64,000 nucleotides of DNA from an uncultured Candidatus Actinomarina sp. (GCA_902578135.1 CACHBU010000001.1:211569-275568), one strand, 5' to 3'; shown: positions 28,091 to 37,630, numbered from the stretch's first letter. The notes: generated from the sequence alone by a model not told the origin. Program-made: numbers and translations.

Positions 28091-29512
28091 ATGAATAATT
28101 CTACCGACGCAAGAAAACATTTAGCACAACAAATTGGAAATGGCGCAGTCCTAATTCATAGTGGAAAAATTACATACAGAAATAATGACACCTGGTATCC
28201 GTTCAGACAAGATTCAAATTTCTACTACTTAACTGAATGGCCTGAGCCACAAGCCCACGCTGTTATTGTAATTAAAGATTCAACGCCCGAACTGCATCTA
28301 TTTGTTCAGGATCGCAATGAAGAAATGGAAACATGGGAAGGAAAAAGAATTGGGCAGGAGGGTGCATTAGAAAAATATAATGCAAAAAAAGCTTATTCAT
28401 TTAATGATTACCAAAAAGAACTTGGAAACCTTCTTGAGGGTGTAACAGATGTATATTGCGATTATTCTTCTCCATTTTTTGAAAAATACGACAGAGATGG
28501 GTTAGCATACGCTATTCCTTATGACCAGAGAGGATCGGAGTTTAGTAAAGCAACTCTACATTCATTGTCTCCCTTGATTTCAGAATTACGATTAATTAAA
28601 AACAATGGCGAGTTGGAGCTATTAAAAACAGCCTGTGACATAACAGTATTAGGTCATATTGAAGCTATGAAACACACTGAGCCAGGAAAATATGAGTATC
28701 AGATTGCTGCCGAAATGGAAAAAGTATTTTATGACAATGGAGCAGAAAGACTAGGATATCCATCAATTGTTGCAGGAGGTGATAACTCTTGTATTCTCCA
28801 TTATTCAACAAATAGAGAAATTCTTAATGAAGGAGAACTCCTTTTAATTGATGCAGCAGCAGAGTACGGAATGTACTCCTCAGATGTAACCAGGACATTT
28901 CCAATACACAAGAAATTTTCTTCACCACAAAAAGATATATATAACGAAGTATTAAAAGCTCAGAATCTAGGAATAGAGGGAGTTGTTGTAGGCAACTCTA
29001 TGAAAAATCTCCATGAAGATACTATAAAATCATTATCTGAATCAATGGTGAATTTAGGTCTAGTTCCTTTAGGAGTAGACGAAACAATTTCAATGATGCA
29101 CTTTTTTGAATTTTTTATGCACGGTACAGGCCACTGGCTTGGACTTGATGTACATGATGCTGGAAGCACAGAGGTTGACGGTCAACCTAGACAATTCAAA
29201 GATGGAATGGTGACTACAGTTGAACCGGGAATTTATGTTCGTCCAACAAAACCTGTAATTGAATTTCCACTAATTGAACGAGATCCAAAAAAAATTAGAG
29301 AAAGAAGAAAACTGCTCGGTATGGAAAAAGCAACAATTCTGGAAAAAGAGGAAATTAGCAATGCAAAAACTATTAAGCATGAAATTCCGAAAGAACTTCT
29401 GGGTGTAGGAGTTAGGATAGAAGACGATATTATCTGCACTAATGACGGACCAGTAAACATGACCGAAAAAGCTCCAAAAACTATTGAGGAAATAGAAGCT
29501 ATTACTTCATAA
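28091..29512 (+). CDS. pepP: Xaa-Pro aminopeptidase (M24B)
   Basis: HGTGHWLGLDVHD, VEPGIY and IEDDI metal-ligand motifs, with an N-terminal AMP_N-like domain. Confidence 0.85.
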   Translation: MNNSTDARKHLAQQIGNGAVLIHSGKITYRNNDTWYPFRQDSNFYYLTEWPEPQAHAVIVIKDSTPELHLFVQDRNEEMETWEGKRIGQEGALEKYNAKKAYSFNDYQKELGNLLEGVTDVYCDYSSPFFEKYDRDGLAYAIPYDQRGSEFSKATLHSLSPLISELRLIKNNGELELLKTACDITVLGHIEAMKHTEPGKYEYQIAAEMEKVFYDNGAERLGYPSIVAGGDNSCILHYSTNREILNEGELLLIDAAAEYGMYSSDVTRTFPIHKKFSSPQKDIYNEVLKAQNLGIEGVVVGNSMKNLHEDTIKSLSESMVNLGLVPLGVDETISMMHFFEFFMHGTGHWLGLDVHDAGSTEVDGQPRQFKDGMVTTVEPGIYVRPTKPVIEFPLIERDPKKIRERRKLLGMEKATILEKEEISNAKTIKHEIPKELLGVGVRIEDDIICTNDGPVNMTEKAPKTIEEIEAITS

Positions 29513-29516
29513 GCAA

Positions 29517-30287
29517 ATGTCATCACCAAAATTAATTTATTCAATCTATGAAAATCGTCTACAAAATAGACTCAAAAAAGAAAACCTTCCCAAACATATA
29601 GGACTAATTCATGATGGTCACAGAAGATACGCAAGGAAAGAAGGCCTCTTAAGTTTCGAAGTATCTTATAAAATTGGAATGACCAGACTTAAAGAGTGTA
29701 TAGCGTGGTGTGATGATGTAGGGATTGACCACATAACCAGTTGGCTGTTGTCTAGAGAAAATTTAGCAAGGCCTAAAGAAGAACTAGAGCCATATTTTGA
29801 GATACTAAATGAGCTATTTGAAGATTTATTAATTGATGACGTTGTTGATAATTTTAAAATTGAATTTATTGGAAGCACAGATCTTCTTCCAGAATTCTTA
29901 CAGACAACCATTGAACAACTTGAAGAGGTCCGAGGGGGGGGTCAAAAAACTTTAACAATAGCCCTTGGATATGGTGGCAGACAAGAAATCCTTGATGCTA
30001 TTAAAGGATTGATCGACGATAACAGAAATGAAGAAAATGATTTCGATAGGTTGATTGAAAACGTTACTGATGAACAACTAAGACAACATCTTTATTCCCC
30101 AAAAGCCCCTGATATAGATTTGATAATAAGAACTAGTGGAGAATCTAGACTTTCTGGCTTCTTGCTTTGGCAAAGTGCTTATTCAGAAGTAATTTTTCAA
30201 GATGTATATTGGCCAGAATTTAGAAAAATTGATTTTCTTAGATGTCTTAGAGAATATTCACAAAGAGAGAGAAGATTCGGTCAATAA
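29517..30287 (+). CDS. uppS: Isoprenyl (Z-prenyl/undecaprenyl) diphosphate synthase
   Basis: HIGLIHDGHRRYA and DLIIRTSGESRLSGFLLWQSAYSE motifs. Confidence 0.9.
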   Translation: MSSPKLIYSIYENRLQNRLKKENLPKHIGLIHDGHRRYARKEGLLSFEVSYKIGMTRLKECIAWCDDVGIDHITSWLLSRENLARPKEELEPYFEILNELFEDLLIDDVVDNFKIEFIGSTDLLPEFLQTTIEQLEEVRGGGQKTLTIALGYGGRQEILDAIKGLIDDNRNEENDFDRLIENVTDEQLRQHLYSPKAPDIDLIIRTSGESRLSGFLLWQSAYSEVIFQDVYWPEFRKIDFLRCLREYSQRERRFGQ

Positions 30288-30362
30288 ATTTAATGTTACA
30301 TATAGTAGCATAAAAAAGAATAGATGATATTATGTTACTAAGTATTACATAAAGGAAAAACA

Positions 30363-30803
30363 TTGAATTTAGTTGGATTAAAAGAATTATCCGAACTGCT
30401 AGATGTTTCTTACGACACATTAAAAGTTTGGAAAAACAGAAATAGATTACCAGATCCATTTCAAGTTATTAGTGGAACACCAGTCTGGGACTGGGATGAA
30501 TCTGAGGAAGACTTTAGATCAATTCAAAAAAATGAAAACTCTGGTAGGCCAAGAAAACCTAAAATTTCTATAGCCGGTGGTTTGGTTGAGATTGATTTAA
30601 ATGAAAATAAAAAAGATAAAGACGGTAATGTTTCAATTAAGGTAATGGGCAAGTCATTTGTAGACATACAAACTGAATCTGCTGAATCTAATTCAAAATC
30701 AAAAAATGTTTCTATAAGAGTTTTAGGTAAAAAAGTAGTAGATATAAATACTGATGATTTCATTGAAGTTGATAAAGAGGATAAAAGTAGTGAAAACAGT
30801 TGA
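30363..30803 (+). CDS. Small HTH (MerR/excisionase-like) DNA-binding protein with an internally repeated tail
   Basis: TTG start with RBS AAAGGAAAA. The N-terminus LKELSELLDVSYDTLKVWKNRNRLPDP is an AlpA/MerR-type HTH. The tail carries the repeat NVSIKVMGKSFVDIQT / NVSIRVLGKKVVDINT. Confidence 0.5.
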   Translation: MNLVGLKELSELLDVSYDTLKVWKNRNRLPDPFQVISGTPVWDWDESEEDFRSIQKNENSGRPRKPKISIAGGLVEIDLNENKKDKDGNVSIKVMGKSFVDIQTESAESNSKSKNVSIRVLGKKVVDINTDDFIEVDKEDKSSENS

Positions 30804-30942
30804 AGTAAAAACTAGAAAAATTCCAGGAATAATAATTTCATTGCTACTTCTTTATCTGACTGCGGTAGTAAGCATTTTTGTTTTAAAAGTCGCCTTTTTC
30901 TTTGCAGCTATTGGGGTTATTTTTAAATCGTTAACTAAATGA
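30790..30942 (+). CDS. Small hydrophobic protein (hypothetical)
   Basis: GTG at 30790 in the frame of track ORF 30754-30942. One or two TM segments (IIISLLLLYLTAVVSIFVLKVAFFFAAIGVIF). The stop overlaps the next start (ATGA), which suggests translational coupling. Confidence 0.35.
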   Translation: MKTVEVKTRKIPGIIISLLLLYLTAVVSIFVLKVAFFFAAIGVIFKSLTK

Positions 30943-31505
30943 ACAATTCCCATACACCTTTAGCTAAGTTCATTCACTGGACTTTTACCGTGCTATACGC
31001 TTACGGAATATTTAAACAGGTGGAAGACCTTGAAGACCTTAACGACGTATCTTTGCTTAATTTCGAGATATTTTTTGCAATTGTTTTCTTAATTATTGTT
31101 TTGCTTAGATATTTTTACATGAAAGATGTTAAAACGCTTCTAGGTGCACATGAGGAAATGCACAAAGGTCATCTGTTTATAGCCAAAGCTACTCATAGGC
31201 TTGTTTATATTAGTTTGATAATGCTACCAACAACAGGTTTGTTAATTGCAGGAATGCTAGCAGCAGATATTCCAGGCATGCAAATAGCAATAGGTCTACA
31301 TGAATTTTCAGCTTTTTTAAGTTACGTGACAATAGCTATACACGTTGGCGCATCACTTTATTCAAGATTTAAAGGAGAAGGAGTGTGGAACGGTATGGTA
31401 CCTATCTGGAAAGAAGGTGGTAAAAATGAATCTGAGCTAATTTCACATTTAGAAAAAGCTGAAGATAAAGTTTACGAAACAATTGAAAAAACTTTAAGGT
31501 TATAA
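30939..31505 (+). CDS. Cytochrome b561-like membrane protein
   Basis: 188 aa with four TM segments. The N-terminal FIHWTF and later ATHRLVY, HEFSAF and AIHVGASLY give the His spacing expected for a di-haem b561/CybB protein. Confidence 0.5.
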   Translation: MNNSHTPLAKFIHWTFTVLYAYGIFKQVEDLEDLNDVSLLNFEIFFAIVFLIIVLLRYFYMKDVKTLLGAHEEMHKGHLFIAKATHRLVYISLIMLPTTGLLIAGMLAADIPGMQIAIGLHEFSAFLSYVTIAIHVGASLYSRFKGEGVWNGMVPIWKEGGKNESELISHLEKAEDKVYETIEKTLRL

Positions 31506-31528
31506 AACACTTAGTCTAATATCGATAT

Positions 31529-32791
31529 ATGCAAGATTTTCTAAATTCCACAAATTTTACTCAAATTTTTATTTCTCTCATATTGATCAAGTTTTTATTA
31601 GAAACTTATTTAAAAATAAGAAACCTTAAATCTATTGACAACAATAAAGACTCTGTACCGCCTAGATTTAAGGATGTTGTAACAGAAGAAGAGTACAAAA
31701 AATCAATCCTCTACAATACAGATCGAATTAAATTTCAGATATTTACTGCTTTATTTGGCTCAGTTGTTCTTGTCATTTTTACAATCGGGGGCCTACTTAA
31801 TTATTTAACTCAAGTTGTTATGGACATGACCTCATCAAATGTCTTGGGAGCAGTACTTCTTGGATTACTTTTAATAATTGTTGAAGAGATAATTTCAATT
31901 CCGATATCAATATATTCAACTTTTGTGATTGAAGAAAGACATGGTTTTAACAAAACAACCAGAAAAACATTTGTTACTGACATATTTAAAGGACTCCTTG
32001 TTTCTGGCGCAATATCTTCTATTCTTTATGCAACTGTAATTTTTATTATTATTAGCGCGGGTGATCTATGGTGGATTTATGCATTTGCTGCAGTCTTTAC
32101 CTTACAGGCCATAATTTTCTTTTTATACCCAGTATTAATTATGCCTTTATTCAATAAATTTGAACCATTAGATGACGAACAGTTTAAAAAACCAATTGAA
32201 AAATTATTAGAAAAAGTCGATTTTAAATCAAAAGGTTTATTTGTGATGAATGCAAGCTTGCGTAGCACACACGGTAATGCATTCTTCACAGGCTTTGGAA
32301 AAAACAAGAGAATTGTATTTTTTGATACACTTCTAAAAACAATTAACCCTGATGAAATGGAAGCAATACTTGGGCACGAATTGGGTCACTATAAACTAGG
32401 CCATGTTCGTAAAACATTAATCAGCTCTTTAGTTTTTGGTTTCCTAGGGTTTTATATTTTAAATGAAATATTTAAGAGCGATAATTTTTTCATAGCCCAT
32501 GGTTTAGAAAATTTAACAGTGTATTCAAAGTTTTTAATGTTTTATTTAGTTATTGGTTCCTATACATTCTTCACTAAACCTATAACATCTGCTTTATCTA
32601 GGAAGAGAGAATTTGAGGCAGACGATTTTTCCTTTCAATTTACTGACGGAGAACACATGATATCTGGTTTATTAAAACTCACTAAAGATAATGCTTCTAA
32701 TTTAACTCCCGATCCGCTTTTCAGTTCTTACTATTACTCACACCCTCCAATTGCTGAAAGGGTCGCAAGTATAGAAAATAAGTTACAATAG
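31529..32791 (+). CDS. M48 family zinc metalloprotease, Ste24/HtpX-like
   Basis: HELGHYKLGH (HEXXH) with the downstream REFEAD third ligand. The roughly 420 aa multi-TM architecture matches Ste24. Confidence 0.82.
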   Translation: MQDFLNSTNFTQIFISLILIKFLLETYLKIRNLKSIDNNKDSVPPRFKDVVTEEEYKKSILYNTDRIKFQIFTALFGSVVLVIFTIGGLLNYLTQVVMDMTSSNVLGAVLLGLLLIIVEEIISIPISIYSTFVIEERHGFNKTTRKTFVTDIFKGLLVSGAISSILYATVIFIIISAGDLWWIYAFAAVFTLQAIIFFLYPVLIMPLFNKFEPLDDEQFKKPIEKLLEKVDFKSKGLFVMNASLRSTHGNAFFTGFGKNKRIVFFDTLLKTINPDEMEAILGHELGHYKLGHVRKTLISSLVFGFLGFYILNEIFKSDNFFIAHGLENLTVYSKFLMFYLVIGSYTFFTKPITSALSRKREFEADDFSFQFTDGEHMISGLLKLTKDNASNLTPDPLFSSYYYSHPPIAERVASIENKLQ

Positions 32792-32801
32792 TAATTGAAA
32801 C

Positions 32802-33125
32802 ATGAGCACTGCAGACGAAATTAAAAAGTTAAATGAATTACTCAGAGATAGGGTTATATCTCAAGAAGAGTTTGACGCACAAAAAGATAAACTTCTTAAA
32901 AAAAGTAGCCCATCAGAAAGTGATTCTCAGTGGGTTGTAACTTTGCTTTTAGCATTTCTCCTAGGAGTTATAGGAGCGCACAGATTCTATGTCGGTAAAA
33001 CAGGGACTGGAATATTAATGCTTTTAACCTTTGGAGGCTTGGGAATATGGCTATTAATAGATTTAATCCTTATTATTACAGGACAATTTACTAACAAAAA
33101 CGGAGAAAAAATAGCTAGAATTTAG
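32802..33125 (+). CDS. SHOCT plus TM2 domain membrane protein
   Basis: LLRDRVISQEEFDAQKDKLL is SHOCT-like. LGVIGAHRFYVGKTGTGILMLLTFGGLGIWLLIDLILI is the TM2 domain signature. Confidence 0.75.
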   Translation: MSTADEIKKLNELLRDRVISQEEFDAQKDKLLKKSSPSESDSQWVVTLLLAFLLGVIGAHRFYVGKTGTGILMLLTFGGLGIWLLIDLILIITGQFTNKNGEKIARI

Positions 33126-35542
33126 TCATCTAGGCTTATCCAGTAAACCCCACCAGCTCTTGTGCCAGCGTACAAAATTCTTGTTTCAGGATTCAACTCT
33201 AAAGAAAATACTCCAGGGTGTAGTAATCCTTTATTGAAATCTACCCATGTTGTTCCACCATCAGTGCTTTTATAGATACCAAAATCTCCTAATGCACCCC
33301 TGTCTCCTGCAAGCCTAAAGTAATCGACTGTTGCTAAATAAAGCATATTGCTATCTTTTGGATCAACTGCAATATCACCCACGCCAAATGGTTCAGATAT
33401 TTGTGGTACATTAAGCTGTGTCCAGTTTGCTCCTCCATTAGTGCTTTTATAAAGCCCATCATCGTCAGTACCTAGGTAAAGAGTATTTGAATCATTTGGA
33501 TCAACAACTAAAACATTTGTCTCTAAAGTGTTTAAACCATTATTTATTTGTTCCCAGCTTGAACCTCTGTCTACACTTTTGAAAACACCTGCACCATCAC
33601 CTATTTTATCCGTGTAGTCTGTTTGACCCTGAGTAGTGGCATAGAACACATCACTATTATTTGGATCTATAACTAATTTGCTTACGTGAACATCACGAGT
33701 AAAACCATCGTCTGAGTTTCTCCAAGATTCACCTAAGTTTTCAGAACCTGTGATACCCACTCCTCTTTTAGCTGATTGATCGCCTCCACTACCTACTAAT
33801 ACTTTGTAGGGGCTTTCTGTCTCAACTATTATCCCGTGATAATGACAGTTTCCACCTCCTGGTTCTGGATCGTCACAGAGATCCGCACCACCAATAATTT
33901 CCCAGGATCCCCCAGCATTTTCGGACTTGTAGACACCACCACCAAATGTCGCAAATACAATATCTGGATCAATAGGGTGAGGAGCTATTTGCATTCCGTA
34001 CCAATTCTTGATTCCAAAAGAGGCAAAACCCCAATTTTTACCATTATCAATGCTTTTAAATATTCCAATATTGTAAGTTGTTGCATACATTGTTCCATCA
34101 GTAGCAGTTGCTATATCAACAACCTCAGAACCAACAAATCCAGTATTTGTCTCAATCCAACTACTTCCTTCGTCGTATGTTCTGTACACTCCTTGAAGTC
34201 CAGCCATAATTACTTCTGTACTATTTTCACCTGTCATTATTATTTCAACACCCACATCAGGAATTATTGGGTGTTCGCTAGTGCTTAGAAATTCTTCAGA
34301 AGAATTACCCCCATCTTTGCTAATAAACGTAACTCTTGAAAACACAGAATAAACTACATTTTCATTGAAATCATCTACATAAACACCACCTTCAGAAGGG
34401 TCTCCACTTACTCCATCTAGTAAAACCCAGCTATTTCCTCCATCAACACTTCTGTAAATTCCAGCACAATACCTAGCAACATCTTCTTCATAATCTGGGT
34501 CTTCATCTTCTAAATTAAAACAGTCGGCAAAAGTATATTTCCCAACTCTTACATAAACTACGTCTGAGTTCTCTGGATGAATAGCAATACCATTGACATC
34601 TGACCTATGAAAAGATTCACTTACTATTTTCCAAGTTTCTCCCGAGTCCTCGGTTTTTGCTACTAGGTTGTCAGTCCCAACAAAAATAGTGCTTGGATTT
34701 TGTGGATCGACATATACGGTTTCGATTCTATCAATTTCTTCTTCATCAAGCTCTTGTCCTTCTTCTAGCTCAATTTCTTCAAACACTCCTTTTGGCACGG
34801 GATTAGTTCTTGTCCACTGATCTCCCCAATCAGGAGAAATATAAACAGCTGAGTTTTCTATTGGAGAACAATCTCCATTTTCATCATCTTCACAGTCTTC
34901 TCCAAATGGTAAATATCTACCTGCTACATATAGAAAATCCATAGTTTTGTCTATAGCAATTCCTGTATATTCAACCACACCAGGCTCAAAATCTCCTATG
35001 GGATTCGTTTCTGTCCATGTGAGGCCTTTGTCGAGTGATATAAATAATTTTGAGTCCGATGTGTTTGATGCTTCTGTAATGAAAGCAACTCCATCTGGAT
35101 TATGTTTACCAACAACAACTCCAGCCATATTTCCGCCTATAGTTTTTTTCAATTCCCAAGTAAAAGTTTCTTTGTCAATAAAATATAAGTTACTATCGGC
35201 AAACCCAGAGTTATCTGTTGTAGTTGCCCAGTATCCATCTACAGTTTTAAATAAGCTTGTTACAGTTCCGCCAAATGGTCCATTTACTTGATTCCATTTA
35301 GAAGAACTTAGTGCGGGATCTGGTAAATCTGGTAATTCAGGAGGTATAAATTCTGTAACTTCATTATCAATTTCTTCTTCATCGCTATCTTCTTCATCCT
35401 CATTTTCTTCTTCAAAATCTTCACTTTCTTCATCAGAAGATATCTCAACCAATGTAGGACCAGAGGAATCACTACTTGAACAGGCAGAAACAACTAAAAA
35501 AAACAAGAATAAGACGATTAATTTATTACTTATTTTTAACAC
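33122..35542 (-). CDS. Large secreted lipoprotein with about 11 BNR/Asp-box repeats (sialidase/GH74/Ycf48-like beta-propellers)
   Basis: Lipobox VVSAC. A poly-acidic linker (EESEDFEEENEDEEDSDEEE). Repeated S-x-D-x-G-x-x-W motifs: SLDKGLTW, SPDWGDQW, TEDSGETW, SVDGGNSW, TYDEGSSW, SIDNGKNW, SENAGGSW, SENLGESW, SVDRGSSW, STNGGANW, STDGGTTW. Confidence 0.78.
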   Translation of the reverse strand: MLKISNKLIVLFLFFLVVSACSSSDSSGPTLVEISSDEESEDFEEENEDEEDSDEEEIDNEVTEFIPPELPDLPDPALSSSKWNQVNGPFGGTVTSLFKTVDGYWATTTDNSGFADSNLYFIDKETFTWELKKTIGGNMAGVVVGKHNPDGVAFITEASNTSDSKLFISLDKGLTWTETNPIGDFEPGVVEYTGIAIDKTMDFLYVAGRYLPFGEDCEDDENGDCSPIENSAVYISPDWGDQWTRTNPVPKGVFEEIELEEGQELDEEEIDRIETVYVDPQNPSTIFVGTDNLVAKTEDSGETWKIVSESFHRSDVNGIAIHPENSDVVYVRVGKYTFADCFNLEDEDPDYEEDVARYCAGIYRSVDGGNSWVLLDGVSGDPSEGGVYVDDFNENVVYSVFSRVTFISKDGGNSSEEFLSTSEHPIIPDVGVEIIMTGENSTEVIMAGLQGVYRTYDEGSSWIETNTGFVGSEVVDIATATDGTMYATTYNIGIFKSIDNGKNWGFASFGIKNWYGMQIAPHPIDPDIVFATFGGGVYKSENAGGSWEIIGGADLCDDPEPGGGNCHYHGIIVETESPYKVLVGSGGDQSAKRGVGITGSENLGESWRNSDDGFTRDVHVSKLVIDPNNSDVFYATTQGQTDYTDKIGDGAGVFKSVDRGSSWEQINNGLNTLETNVLVVDPNDSNTLYLGTDDDGLYKSTNGGANWTQLNVPQISEPFGVGDIAVDPKDSNMLYLATVDYFRLAGDRGALGDFGIYKSTDGGTTWVDFNKGLLHPGVFSLELNPETRILYAGTRAGGVYWISLDD

Positions 35543-35586
35543 TCACCGAAATATTACTAGTAAAAACTATACGTCGCTTGAATATT

Positions 35587-36822
35587 TTATGGAACACTCA
35601 GTACAAATAAAGCTTGCAATGTTAATGCCACAGTTATAAATAAGAAAATATATTGTGTTTTATCGCTTTTTTGATGCCCAAATATTTTAACCGACAGATC
35701 ATGAGCTAAAACCACACTTAGCATATGTCCTGCAAGGGTAACGATGACCATAACTGTCCATAAAACAATTGGCTCCAAAAAATAATCAACAGTAGTTTCT
35801 TGTGCGTTAAATAGGTTCCACCCAAAACCTAGAGGATCGTTAAGTCTGTATAACAATGTTTGAGACTCAAACAAAAGTAGCCCTAGGTAATGAGTTACAT
35901 GATATGCAAAAGCAATTGGCAGCATAGTGTGGCCAAATTTAAGCGAGATTTCATTAAGATCATAATTTTCTCCACTGACGCGTATCGCAAAATAACAAGC
36001 AAACCTATAAAAAATTATGACAATCAAATTCATTGAGAGAAAAGCCGTTGTTGAAAAAGATGTTTCATAGCTTCTGGTTCCAAATAAGTTGAACCAAAAT
36101 GTTGTTTCCCGCAGCCCGTCGTAAGTAACCGTTCCAATCATTAGAAGAATAAAGTATTCCATTCCTTTTAGCTGAGCCAGGTTGGAAAGGTTGTTTAAAA
36201 GACTTCTAAAAACAGGAGCTTTATGAGTAATCCTCATCTTGCTATAAAGATGATGTAGAACAAGCAAAGGATCAACTTCGATAATAGTTTTTTTGTAAAA
36301 CTTTTGTACAAGCGACACAACAACAATCAACAGTAAAAACACTATACCGATATGTCTTGGATTGCCGGGTTTAGTCCAAACTAGTTCAAACCAAGTTAAA
36401 CAAACAAACAGGAACGATGCAACATATACATTTTTAGAATCTCCTTCTTGATTCACAATTATTGACAAAGGATTGAACTTTGCATATAAATCACCAAAAA
36501 GAAGTCCAAGAACTGGAACTCCAATCCACAAGAAAACCCACAAAATTAGGGGAGTTACTGAAACCTTAGCTGCTTCATTATTTACTAAACCAGGAACAGT
36601 TAGTAAAACTAGTACCAGGAGACCTAGAAGCTTCCCACTTGAAGATTGCTTTGTTGAAAAAAGTTTCTCTTCAGAAGTTAAGATTGATTCTTTCCAAGAA
36701 ACCTTCAAAAAGACAAAAGTAACAACTACAGTCAAAACAGCAGCATTTAAAACCATATTAAAAGGAATGGGCAAGTCACCTACATTTATGATTCCGTGAC
36801 TTAAGTTTTGTTGAATTAACAT
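35587..36822 (-). CDS. Polytopic membrane protein, unknown function
   Basis: 411 aa with about 10 hydrophobic segments and an N-terminal HGIINVGDLPIPFN motif. No catalytic signature recognised. Confidence 0.6.
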   Translation of the reverse strand: MLIQQNLSHGIINVGDLPIPFNMVLNAAVLTVVVTFVFLKVSWKESILTSEEKLFSTKQSSSGKLLGLLVLVLLTVPGLVNNEAAKVSVTPLILWVFLWIGVPVLGLLFGDLYAKFNPLSIIVNQEGDSKNVYVASFLFVCLTWFELVWTKPGNPRHIGIVFLLLIVVVSLVQKFYKKTIIEVDPLLVLHHLYSKMRITHKAPVFRSLLNNLSNLAQLKGMEYFILLMIGTVTYDGLRETTFWFNLFGTRSYETSFSTTAFLSMNLIVIIFYRFACYFAIRVSGENYDLNEISLKFGHTMLPIAFAYHVTHYLGLLLFESQTLLYRLNDPLGFGWNLFNAQETTVDYFLEPIVLWTVMVIVTLAGHMLSVVLAHDLSVKIFGHQKSDKTQYIFLFITVALTLQALFVLSVP

Positions 36823-36896
36823 ATGATAACCTCATTATATGTTTTCCAATTACAAAATCTCCACTAGAATTAAAATGATTAAACAGGGAAATCATT

Positions 36897-37076
36897 ATGT
36901 GTATAGTTTGTAACATTACTCAAAACGAATTTATTGAAACAGCTTTAGCCGTAGAGAATGTTTTTGATGGTGAATACATGACAATACCGTTAAGAGCGAC
37001 ACCTGAGCAAGTTCATTCATTTGAAGTTATTCAATCTATGCTGTTGAACGCAAATTTGATAGCTTTAATCTTTTAA
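36897..37076 (+). CDS. Small hypothetical protein (59 aa) with an N-terminal CxxC
   Basis: My translation is MCIVCNITQNEFIETALAVENVFDGEYMTIPLRATPEQVHSFEVIQSMLLNANLIALIF. It is just under the ORF-track cut-off and fills an otherwise empty 256-nt gap. Confidence 0.3.
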   Translation: MCIVCNITQNEFIETALAVENVFDGEYMTIPLRATPEQVHSFEVIQSMLLNANLIALIF

Positions 37077-37078
37077 AC

Positions 37079-37516
37079 TTATTTGCAATTAGAACACTGA
37101 TCGGTACACGTACCAAACATTTCGACTCTGTGATCATTGATATGAAAATTAAACTTTCTTTCAATTTTTTTTATTTCTTCCGATAAAAGCTTTTCAAACT
37201 CATCGCTTAAACCAACATCAATAATCTCACCACAGTCACCACAAAATAAGTGATGATGATGTTCGGCATCATGCAGTAGTAGCTCAACAACTGTTGTGTT
37301 GTCTGGAGAGGTAAATTCGTTTAAAACATTTATTTTTTTAAGATCTCCTAGGACTCGATATAGCGTAGACTTTGCTACTTTATTTTCTAACTTTTTTTGC
37401 AGGTCGTCTATTGTTTGTGGATTCCGACTCTCCATGAGCGCTTCAAGAACAAGAATTCTTGGGTTTGTAATTGAAACATTATGATCTGATAAAATTTTTC
37501 TTGAACTCTCTGACAT
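37079..37516 (-). CDS. zur: Fur-family metalloregulator, probably Zur
   Basis: I prefer the ATG at 37516 (MSESSRKILSDHNVSITNPRILVLEAL). HTH region STLYRVLGDLKKINVL. Metal sites HDAEHHHHLFCGDCG and C-terminal CTDQCSNC. Divergent from a ZnuA-like operon. Confidence 0.8.
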   Translation of the reverse strand: MSESSRKILSDHNVSITNPRILVLEALMESRNPQTIDDLQKKLENKVAKSTLYRVLGDLKKINVLNEFTSPDNTTVVELLLHDAEHHHHLFCGDCGEIIDVGLSDEFEKLLSEEIKKIERKFNFHINDHRVEMFGTCTDQCSNCK

Positions 37517-37546
37517 ATTTTTATTATAGAATGCTGTGTCAAAAAA

Positions 37547-37563
37547 ATGAGATAAATTCTCAT
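37547..37563. promoter_or_regulatory. Zur/Fur-type operator palindrome 1
   Basis: ATGAGAtaaatTCTCAT, a perfect 6-5-6 inverted repeat in the zur/znuA divergent spacer. Confidence 0.6.
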
Positions 37564-37583
37564 CTATACTTGACAATAAAAAA

Positions 37584-37602
37584 AATGAGACTTATTCTCA
37601 TT
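37584..37602. promoter_or_regulatory. Zur/Fur-type operator palindrome 2, overlapping the putative znuA promoter
   Basis: AATGAGActtatTCTCATT, a perfect 7-5-7 inverted repeat. TTGACA at 37570-37575 with a TATTCT -10 candidate at 37593-37598 lying inside the palindrome. Confidence 0.6.
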
Positions 37603-37630
37603 TATTGTTATAAATTAGAAGGAGAAACTT

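Noticed and set aside
36897-37076. The small CxxC ORF, considered as a bacterioferritin-associated ferredoxin (Bfd)-like [2Fe-2S] protein.
   Set aside because: Bfd-type domains need a second Cys pair about 30 residues downstream, and this peptide has only the N-terminal C-x-x-C. I keep it only as a low-confidence hypothetical ORF.
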